From a bacterium (GTDB lineage Bacteria; Patescibacteriota; Minisyncoccia; Phycocordibacterales; JAKAEA01): a DNA stretch of 54,021 bases. The stretch is taken from positions 1 to 54,021 of the forward strand of contig JAJYGQ010000019.1 of assembly GCA_021785065.1 (NCBI GenBank), read 5' to 3'. Positions 46,427 through 54,021 of the stretch are shown in pieces. The first letter of the stretch is position 1; each line of letters starts with the position of its first letter. The notes under the pieces were generated by a model. The model was not told where the DNA came from, did no database searches, and was given only the letters and a program-made list of their open reading frames with translations. The position numbers were made by a program, and so were the translations under genes.

Positions 46427-48004
46427 ATGGCAGAGGCGGTCGCGACCATAACAGACAAAATAGGTGGTATCAAGCCGGCCGCCGGCGCGCTTAAATGGAT
46501 TATTCTTCTGACAGTTATTATTGGAACCTTCCTTGGTCGGCTCGATCAAACTATTGTTAATCTGGCGCTGCCAAAAATTATTGAAGATTTCCATATTACC
46601 GTAAGCGCAGCGAGTTGGATTGCGACGGCCTATATCATCGCGAACGCTATATTCGTGCCCATTTGGGGCAAATTGGGCGATACAACAGGGCGAAAACGGG
46701 TCTACCTTCTCGGTTTTGCTATTTTTATTATTGGTTCTGTATTAGCTGCTCTTTCTTGGAATCTTGGCTCAATGATCGTGTTTCGAGTCATTCAGGCACT
46801 TGCCAGCTCCGCTGACTATCCTACTGCTATGGCCATCATCGTGTTTACGTTTCCCGAGAACCGTGAGCGAGCACAAGCTTTAGGTATTTGGACCGCGTCA
46901 TTTGCGGCTGCATCGATTTTTGGACCCCTTATTGGTGGTCCACTTATAGATACCTTTGGTTGGCGCTCTATTTTCTGGCTCAATCTTCCGGTGGGTCTTG
47001 TGGGCGTGGTTATGGCCTGGAGTTTTATTCATGAATCGCACGCTCCACGTCGAATAATTAAATTTGATTGGTGGGGAGCGGCGGTGTTGGGAGCGTCGCT
47101 CGCCACCCTTTCACTTGTCCTTGATCAAGGACAAGGATGGGGTTGGCTCTCGTGGCAGAGTGTAAGTTGTTATATTGTCACCATCATAACGCTTTTGATT
47201 TTTGTTGCTATAGAATATGATCACCCCGAACCAATCGTTGATCTAAAGTTTTTCAAGAATGGTCTCTTCATGAGTGTGCTCCTTAATAATATGCTCATTT
47301 TTATGGCATTGATGGGGGCGTTGTTTCTCGTTCCTATTTTTGCCCAAACTTTTCTTGGCTACAGCGCCACGCAAGCAGGATATCTCTTTATTCCTATGGC
47401 TATAATTTTCGTTGTTTCCGCGCCGATTGGCGGGGCATTTACTGGTCGCATTCAAACACGGTGGGTAATTATGGCAAGTACTTTTGTTGGCGGCATCGGC
47501 GTCTTGTTCCTTTCAGCGATAGATCCTGGCACAACAGCCTGGGGTATTATGTGGCCACTTATGATTATGGCGTTTGGCCTCGGTTTAGGTATGGCTCAAC
47601 GTACAAATTCTATTGCTGTTTCGGTACCAGCAAGTGAGATAGGTGCTGCTTCGTCGGTCCTTACTCTTGCACGCAATATTGCTGGCGCTTTCGGTATTTC
47701 GATGTTTGCTACTATTTTGAACGATTCTATTGGTACCAATATTTTATCGCTTGGCCAATTTAGTCGTTTAAATCTTGCTAATATAACCAATCAAACTTCG
47801 ACACGTTTGCCGGCGAACACGATTTCTTCAAGTGCTAATGCTCATGCCACCTTTACACAACTCATTATTCTAAAAGGGGAAGTAGCGAGCTATGGGCACG
47901 TATTTTTTGTCGCCGCGCTTGTTGTTTTTGGTGGTGCAATTCTAGCCTACTGGATAAAAACGGGGACTATTAATCCTAAAACTAAGGTACATGTAGAAGG
48001 GTAG
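46427..48004 (+). CDS. DHA2/EmrB-family MFS efflux transporter
   Basis: LDQTIVNLALP, GKLGDTTGRKR and GPLIGG..WRSIFWLNLPVG; about 14 TM segments. Confidence 0.93.
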   Translation: MAEAVATITDKIGGIKPAAGALKWIILLTVIIGTFLGRLDQTIVNLALPKIIEDFHITVSAASWIATAYIIANAIFVPIWGKLGDTTGRKRVYLLGFAIFIIGSVLAALSWNLGSMIVFRVIQALASSADYPTAMAIIVFTFPENRERAQALGIWTASFAAASIFGPLIGGPLIDTFGWRSIFWLNLPVGLVGVVMAWSFIHESHAPRRIIKFDWWGAAVLGASLATLSLVLDQGQGWGWLSWQSVSCYIVTIITLLIFVAIEYDHPEPIVDLKFFKNGLFMSVLLNNMLIFMALMGALFLVPIFAQTFLGYSATQAGYLFIPMAIIFVVSAPIGGAFTGRIQTRWVIMASTFVGGIGVLFLSAIDPGTTAWGIMWPLMIMAFGLGLGMAQRTNSIAVSVPASEIGAASSVLTLARNIAGAFGISMFATILNDSIGTNILSLGQFSRLNLANITNQTSTRLPANTISSSANAHATFTQLIILKGEVASYGHVFFVAALVVFGGAILAYWIKTGTINPKTKVHVEG

Positions 48005-48104
48005 GGGTGTGGAAAAACAGGTTAGACAATTTTCTCGTAATACGATTTACTATACGGCAGGACGACGGACCGTCATAGCATCGCTCAGGCTTGCGGACGA
48101 GCGA

Positions 48105-48135
48105 AAAGAGCACCTCAGGAAACTAGGTGCTCTTT
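48105..48135. terminator. Intrinsic terminator
   Basis: AAAGAGCACCT/AGGTGCTCTTT 11-bp stem with a T-tract. Confidence 0.75.
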
Positions 48136-48194
48136 ACTTTTCTGTTGTACACACAGCCCTCTCCTTTTTGTCGTATACTAGATGGTGTTCTATT

Positions 48195-49202
48195 ATGTCT
48201 TTTAAAAAACAAGTTATATTCTGTTTAATAGTATTGATTTCAGGAGTTGCCTTTTTTCAGCAAATCCCTACCACTTCCGCCCAGACCAGCTGTTTAAATT
48301 TTTCCACTAATTTGTCGTACGGCGACACTGATCAGACGTACGGCGGGCCCGTTCTTAGCCTGCAGGATTATTTACAATCCCTGGGCTATCTTCATGCCAC
48401 GCCTAATGGCCATTTCGGTCCTGCCACGCTTGCGGCAGCAAAAGAGTATCAAGCAGCCAATGGTATTCCTTCAACGGGGTATGTTGGCCCGCTGACGCGC
48501 GCTTCTTTGAAGACAAAAACCTGTTCAGTCCCGGTTACGTCCACTCCAGCTTCCGTGAGTCAACCAGTTACCACCACCATACCAAGCTCAAGTGAATCCT
48601 TTAGTGGCGGCATAACGTCACCCGCGACCGGGCAGGTGCTCGCTCTAGGTAGTTCCACGGTTATTACCTGGCAAAATCCACCATCGGGAACATTTAATAT
48701 TAGTCTTGAGCAACCTGGTGGGGCAGGGGCGGGCTTCGTAGCTTCAAACTTGTCGCCGACCGGCAATTCTAATCAATACGTTTGGAAAGTTGGTTCCGTG
48801 TATTCTTCGCAAACCAATTCAAATACCACGATTCAACCCGGCACCTATCGCTTGCGTCTGCAAAGTTCAACCTACGGCGCTTCTTCAAATGACATGGTGA
48901 GCGGCTGGTTTACGGTTGTTGCTCCACAGTTTTCTGTTTCTTCCATTGTTCCATCAGTAGGCTATGCCGACGACACCAGCTCGGTCGTATTGCTCGGCTC
49001 AGGTTTTACTCCGGCTACTACAGTGTATTTCGACAGCAATTACTCTAGCCTACGCGGCAACAATCAATATATTTCACCCGACGGTTCGGTGTTAGTTTTT
49101 ACCGTTCCCACTTCAGTACCAATCGGTACGCACATTTTATACATCAATAACGGCCAAAGTTCGAATTTGATCACTATTCCTTTCAGAGTTACCGCAATGT
49201 AA
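48195..49202 (+). CDS. Secreted protein: peptidoglycan-binding domain plus Ig-like/IPT domains
   Basis: Signal peptide; LQDYL...GHFGPAT..A..YQ...GYVGPLTR; C-terminal GSGF...VP IPT-like pattern. Confidence 0.85.
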   Translation: MSFKKQVIFCLIVLISGVAFFQQIPTTSAQTSCLNFSTNLSYGDTDQTYGGPVLSLQDYLQSLGYLHATPNGHFGPATLAAAKEYQAANGIPSTGYVGPLTRASLKTKTCSVPVTSTPASVSQPVTTTIPSSSESFSGGITSPATGQVLALGSSTVITWQNPPSGTFNISLEQPGGAGAGFVASNLSPTGNSNQYVWKVGSVYSSQTNSNTTIQPGTYRLRLQSSTYGASSNDMVSGWFTVVAPQFSVSSIVPSVGYADDTSSVVLLGSGFTPATTVYFDSNYSSLRGNNQYISPDGSVLVFTVPTSVPIGTHILYINNGQSSNLITIPFRVTAM

Positions 49203-49208
49203 TAAATA

Positions 49209-50714
49209 ATGAAAAATATGTTTAAAAAATTATTTTTTTTCTCCGCGGTTCTATTATGTAGTTTTTCTCTTGCTAATACATCGTTTGCCGCATCAACGCC
49301 AACTTTAACGCTAACAAATAACGCTTCAACTGTTAGTATTTTAGTAACTGGCGCCGATCCTAATGCCACTGTTAATTTTTATTTCCCTAATTACACCGAC
49401 GCCTCGACTAACAACACTTCATATGTATCAATTGGTCTCGGCCAGACGAATGCCAACGGCGTCTATAGCGTTTCTGTTGCGCCCAATTCATATGGTCTCA
49501 ATGGGGGAGTAGACGTGTATGTTTCAGTTGACGGAGTGCAATCGCAAGAGGTGGCGTGGCCAGCGACGGTTACGAGCAGCAACGGTTCATCAGGAAATTT
49601 ATCACTCTCGCAAACCAATATAACACTGACAAGTGGTTTAGACACAACCATCATTCCGCTTAATACATCCAACACTCTGACAGTGCAAAGTAATTCCAAT
49701 CCATCTGTTGCTTTGGCAGATATTCAATCAAATAACAATTCCTTGCTTATCACTGGTATGAATGCCGGAACCACCAATATTTCTGTGTGTGCGGCTACGA
49801 ATGGCTGCGCATCGGTGGCTGTTTCTGTGACAGCTCCGACGCAAACCATTACCTTTAGCGTTCCGCAAGCTTATGTGGTTATGGGCCAATCACCACAAAG
49901 CGTTAATATTTACGGTCCGGGCGGCACCTATAGTATTTCAAATACTAATACTAGCGCCCTTTCGGCAGTGGTCAACGGTAACACGCTTGAGCTGCAGGGT
50001 ATTTCGGGAGAGACAGGGCAGGTGAGTGTGCTTGTTTGCGCTCCCGGCTGGAATTGTGGAACATTACCCGTCACCATCTTAGCCGCGGGAAGTTCTGTGC
50101 CATATCAAGTAAGCACTCCCGCGCCCGCTTCGTCCGATCTTTCGCAGACTCCCCAAATTACCTCGTTCTCCGTCAGCTCAAATAACGTCTACAATTCATT
50201 CTTCGGCCAGAGCAGCACGTTAAATATTAGTTTCGGCATCAATCAAACAGTTAAAAATCTTCAAGTTAAAGTTGCTGGCACAATCGTACCCGCTACCCAA
50301 AGCACCGACGGCAAATATTATGCGCAATACCAGTTAACTGGTAACGAAAGCTTACCGATTCCTGTGGCAATTTCGTTTACCAATCTCGGCAATATTTCCA
50401 ATCAATTTTATTTCTCGATGGGCGGCTCTGCCCCTGCGCAATCCTCGAGCCAATCTTCTGCCGGTGCTTCGTCGGCTGCTGTTGTATTTTCGAAATATCT
50501 TTATGAGGGCGTAACACCGATGAGCGTCTCCAATCCTCAAATAGTCGCTCTCCAGCAACGTTTAACTGCTGACGGCGTATACTCCGGCCCCATCACTGGC
50601 TACTTTGGACCTTTGACCAAAGCAGGTGTTGAAGCCTATCAGAAAAAACATGGACTTAGTCCCGTCGGCGTCGTCGGTCCACAAACCAGAGCACTCCTCA
50701 ATAGAGGGATTTGA
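49209..50714 (+). CDS. Secreted beta-rich protein with C-terminal peptidoglycan-binding domain
   Basis: Signal peptide; repeated VC...C Ig-like units; LQQRL...GYFGPLTKAGVEAYQ...GVVGPQTR. Confidence 0.85.
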   Translation: MKNMFKKLFFFSAVLLCSFSLANTSFAASTPTLTLTNNASTVSILVTGADPNATVNFYFPNYTDASTNNTSYVSIGLGQTNANGVYSVSVAPNSYGLNGGVDVYVSVDGVQSQEVAWPATVTSSNGSSGNLSLSQTNITLTSGLDTTIIPLNTSNTLTVQSNSNPSVALADIQSNNNSLLITGMNAGTTNISVCAATNGCASVAVSVTAPTQTITFSVPQAYVVMGQSPQSVNIYGPGGTYSISNTNTSALSAVVNGNTLELQGISGETGQVSVLVCAPGWNCGTLPVTILAAGSSVPYQVSTPAPASSDLSQTPQITSFSVSSNNVYNSFFGQSSTLNISFGINQTVKNLQVKVAGTIVPATQSTDGKYYAQYQLTGNESLPIPVAISFTNLGNISNQFYFSMGGSAPAQSSSQSSAGASSAAVVFSKYLYEGVTPMSVSNPQIVALQQRLTADGVYSGPITGYFGPLTKAGVEAYQKKHGLSPVGVVGPQTRALLNRGI

Positions 50715-50804
50715 TAGGGAGGTATGGTACAAGATACCCTAAAAGCATAGATACGTCGCACAATATATGTTTTATTCCGATAAATATACTGAATATAAAT
50801 ATAC

Positions 50805-52733
50805 CTAAGACAATAGCGCCTTCAGTATCTTCTGTATTGAGCCTGTGGCAACAGCGCAGACGCTGTCGGCACCACCGTAATAGATATATAGTGTGTCATC
50901 GCGAATTACTGCCCCACAGGGAAAAACTACATTTTCGATCTGGCCTTCTTTTTCGTACTTTGTTTGTGGTTCTAACACCCAGTCAGTGGTACGCGCGATT
51001 ACTTTTGTGGGAGTGCTCATACTTAATAGCGCAAAACCGAGACGATACGTGGAGTTGTCATCAACGCCGTGGTATATGAGCAGGCGACCAACTGGTTTGC
51101 CGTCTTCCCCATTTACAACCATCGGTGGGGCATTGAGACCAACTTTTGAACTGTCCCACATACCGTGACGAGGCTCTAAGACAGTTTCGTAATCACTAAC
51201 CGGTTGAGGATTTTCTAAATCAATAGAACTGGCACATATAGCGTTATTGATGCGATGAAAGAAAAGTGTGCCGTGGTGATTAGTTTGAATGACGCATGCG
51301 TCTTTATCATCTATGCTGAGTGGCGAAATTAGTGTGGGTTTTTTCCATGGCCAGTCCCCTGTCGTATTCGTGGAAAAATGCGCGAGCGGCAGCGAAGTAA
51401 GAGCAACGGCGGGCGCTTGCTTACCATTGAAGGCGGTATAGGTCATGTATAGTTGGTCACCAATGACTGTGGCGCGCGGATCTTCACAGCCAGAATTGCC
51501 CCCCGGCACACCTTTTGCTTCAAATGATTCATGAGGTTCGTACACTGGCAGCGGGTCACGAGTAAGAATACGAATTCCGTCGTGTGACGTTGCGTGACCA
51601 ATGGTGGAGGTATTGTCGATAGACATTGCTCGGTACAGAAGGTGTGTAGTGTTTTTATATTCAAAAGCCGCGGGATTAAAGACCGCCTTTTTTTCCCACG
51701 TGTTATTGGTGGGGGTTAAAATTGGATTTTTAGAAGAGCGGGTGAGGGCCGACTCCCCTTGCATGGTGGCAATAAGATCGGTGAGCGAAACTTCGGCGGC
51801 GGCACATACTGTGTCTGCGGCACCGTAGTAGATTCGCACCTTGTCCCCCACCAGAAGAGCTCCCGAGGGAAACACAACATCGGGTACGGTTCCGTACCGC
51901 TCATAGGTTTCTTCTGGTACGAGGAGTGATCCGTGAGTGCGACCAATAATTTTTCGGGGATTTTTAAGATCGAGTAATACCGCTTCTATGCCGAAAATTT
52001 TTTTATGTTCGCTGTAATAGTTACGTATATGCGAGTAAAAAATAAGCCAACCGGCCGGCGTTTTAAGCGGGGTCGAACCTATTTCAACCCGATCATCGCT
52101 GGATCGTTTTAAATTAAACGCCCACTCATCGCTGCGTGCATACCATTCGTGCCAATATTTTTCTGACCACATTTGTTCTGGGGTATCAAATTGTATTAAG
52201 GCGGTTTTGGATGGAGGATTATCGGTATGTACTGTAAGGACCGCAGTTAATTTACCGCCAATTTTTTCTGGGAAAAGAGTCATCGCCTTGGCGTTGAATG
52301 GTGTTACGAGGTGGCGTTCTTGAATTGTTTTAAGGTCTTTACTTAAAGCTACCGCAACCCGAATACCATCGGCAGAAAATGGAAAATGAGAAAGGGCGGT
52401 ATAGAAAATATAGTAGGTACCGTTTATATAGGTTACGCGCGGATCCTCGCAACCATAACGTTCCCATATTTCCTGCGGCGTGATGAGAGGGATAACTTCA
52501 GAGAACGTCACACCATCAGGGCTTGTTGCCTGACCAATAGTAGAAAACAAAAACTGACTTGTAGCACCGGTGGAAAGGGCGGCAGGACGCGGCTCGGTTA
52601 CAGCACGAAAAATAAGATGCACACACTTCCCTACCATCGCCGGCGAAGGATTAAAAGTAGCCCCAGCGCGCCACAAATCAGTGGTGGTGGGTTTGATAAG
52701 AGGATTTTGTGTGGTGCGGCGAACAACAAACAT
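50805..52733 (-). CDS. Two-domain GH130-family glycosidase/phosphorylase
   Basis: Two sets of NP...FNP...GCEDPR...VVFP.GA...YYG.AD motifs. Confidence 0.9.
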   Translation of the reverse strand: MFVVRRTTQNPLIKPTTTDLWRAGATFNPSPAMVGKCVHLIFRAVTEPRPAALSTGATSQFLFSTIGQATSPDGVTFSEVIPLITPQEIWERYGCEDPRVTYINGTYYIFYTALSHFPFSADGIRVAVALSKDLKTIQERHLVTPFNAKAMTLFPEKIGGKLTAVLTVHTDNPPSKTALIQFDTPEQMWSEKYWHEWYARSDEWAFNLKRSSDDRVEIGSTPLKTPAGWLIFYSHIRNYYSEHKKIFGIEAVLLDLKNPRKIIGRTHGSLLVPEETYERYGTVPDVVFPSGALLVGDKVRIYYGAADTVCAAAEVSLTDLIATMQGESALTRSSKNPILTPTNNTWEKKAVFNPAAFEYKNTTHLLYRAMSIDNTSTIGHATSHDGIRILTRDPLPVYEPHESFEAKGVPGGNSGCEDPRATVIGDQLYMTYTAFNGKQAPAVALTSLPLAHFSTNTTGDWPWKKPTLISPLSIDDKDACVIQTNHHGTLFFHRINNAICASSIDLENPQPVSDYETVLEPRHGMWDSSKVGLNAPPMVVNGEDGKPVGRLLIYHGVDDNSTYRLGFALLSMSTPTKVIARTTDWVLEPQTKYEKEGQIENVVFPCGAVIRDDTLYIYYGGADSVCAVATGSIQKILKALLS

Positions 52734-52739
52734 ATATAT

Positions 52740-54020
52740 TTATTTTAATATTGTCATACGACGATGGTGGTGGTTGGTATGCTGCGCGTGGCTGGGATTG
52801 GTGATTTTTTTAATGAGCTCATCAAGCGGCGCCGTAGCAACGCATACGTGCCGATCAGCACCACCATAATAAATAGAAACATTATTGTCATGTAGAATAG
52901 CACCGCACGCATACACTACGCCGGGTTTGCCATCATTTTCGTACCACCTATCAGGGGCAAGGAGTGGATAGACAGAACGGGCTAAAACTTTTTCAGGATG
53001 GTGGAGATCTAATAGGAGTGCGCCAAGTTTATATTTTCCCAATTCGGGTCGCTCGTGACCGTGATAAAACACGAGCCAACCCGCCGGCGTTTTAAGAGGT
53101 GGTGGCCCCGCCCCACGCGTGCGGGTATCCCACTGCCCCACCGCTTCGGGAACACTGGTGGGATCTATGCTCTTAATGCGTTGCGCGCCACTCGCTAAAA
53201 TTTCAAGAGAGTCTACGTATTCAATTTGTACATGTGGCGTGACGCCGTGCAAAATGGCAAATTTGCCACCAATTTTTTCTGGAAAAAGAACCCAATTTTT
53301 GTGTCGCTCGCCGGCCGGCGAAATGAGCATTGGCTCAGTCCAATGCCAGTTCTTGTTGAGAAAATCTTCGCGTCGAATAGAGCTGGCGCCTATACGAATA
53401 GAATTCCAACTATCAAAAGCAGTAAAAGTTAGGTACAGGCGATCGTCTATTTTTACGAGGCGAGGATCTTCAACGCCACCCCAACTACCACCAGAAGGAT
53501 AAAGAGATGGACCGTAATGTTGAGCAACACTGTCACGCAGCGGCTTATTGTGTGGCATAGCAAAAACTGGTTCCGAAGAACGTTCATCAAAATGGAAACC
53601 GTCAGCACTTGATGCATACCCCAGTACTGAAATACCATGGGAGCCGATAGCTCTGTATAGTAAATGAACACGGCCGTTATCGTACAGCGCCGCCGGATTA
53701 AAAACTGCCTCATTTTCCCATTCATAATGGGTACGTGCTCGCAAGATGGGGTTTTGATGGTGTTTGTGTAAGAAACGGCGCTCGGGGGGTGTGGTGCTTT
53801 GCGGTATTGCTTTAGGTACTGCTATGTCGGCGCGAATGATTGAGCCATCAGAGGCGCTCCAATAGAGAGTTATTTTGTCATCGTGCACTGCTTGCTCACT
53901 ATTTTCAAAATTTTCAAACGTAATACCAAGAGGGGTGATAGTAGTATTATTACGGTATACCAAACCTTCCCATAATGGTGATGGAGAACGCCATAATATT
54001 TTTTTAGGATTATGAATATC
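52740..54020 (-). CDS. GH130-family protein (5'-truncated by the window edge)
   Basis: VFNPAA, EDPR, KNWVLFPEKI and YYGGAD. The frame stays open to the edge (DIHNPKKILWRSPSPLW), resembling the end of a further degenerate domain. Confidence 0.88.
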   Translation of the reverse strand, partial: DIHNPKKILWRSPSPLWEGLVYRNNTTITPLGITFENFENSEQAVHDDKITLYWSASDGSIIRADIAVPKAIPQSTTPPERRFLHKHHQNPILRARTHYEWENEAVFNPAALYDNGRVHLLYRAIGSHGISVLGYASSADGFHFDERSSEPVFAMPHNKPLRDSVAQHYGPSLYPSGGSWGGVEDPRLVKIDDRLYLTFTAFDSWNSIRIGASSIRREDFLNKNWHWTEPMLISPAGERHKNWVLFPEKIGGKFAILHGVTPHVQIEYVDSLEILASGAQRIKSIDPTSVPEAVGQWDTRTRGAGPPPLKTPAGWLVFYHGHERPELGKYKLGALLLDLHHPEKVLARSVYPLLAPDRWYENDGKPGVVYACGAILHDNNVSIYYGGADRHVCVATAPLDELIKKITNPSHAQHTNHHHRRMTILK

Positions 54021-54021
54021 A

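Noticed and set aside
48009-48194. N-terminal extension of the ORF-track call 48009-49202
   Set aside because: It crosses a terminator; the signal peptide starts at ATG 48195.
48178-48195. GATGGTGTTC resembling the 5' part of a fluoride riboswitch
   Set aside because: No downstream pseudoknot partner; the start codon follows immediately.
1-54021. CRISPR array, rRNA, prophage, reverse transcriptase
   Set aside because: No regularly spaced repeats, rRNA signatures, phage structural genes or RT motifs seen.

Overview
Bacterial chromosomal DNA in genetic code 11 (TGA, TAG and TAA all end genes). It is most consistent with a Patescibacteria/CPR (Parcubacteria-like) genome; this is an inference from gene content: class I LysRS, two mreB paralogues, XRE-HTH-MurA fusion, degenerate PriA and HolB, trimmed dcw cluster, and few Shine-Dalgarno sites on core genes. 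Most of the window (3-41 kb) is housekeeping: translation, replication, elongasome/divisome and a compact type IV pilus/competence-like cluster. The right end carries an ECF sigma/anti-sigma pair, an efflux module, peptidoglycan-binding surface proteins and tandem GH130 genes. The left 2.8 kb, downstream of tRNA-Asn, looks accessory: nested IS3-family ends, a gene split by one TAG, and a self-contained minus-strand unit. That unit reads consensus promoter, structured 54-codon sORF, a complete type III hammerhead ribozyme (2441-2489), Trp-rich hypothetical gene, terminator, and is the strongest candidate for an undescribed system. Other notable items: an unannotated 27-aa protamine-like peptide gene, a structured leader with a probable non-AUG start before a transglycosylase-like gene, seven 10-bp-phased MraZ boxes overlapping a perfect DnaA box, FtsI with KDG in place of KTG, and a divergent ACP-like protein. 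All family calls are from motif recognition by eye; no searches were run.
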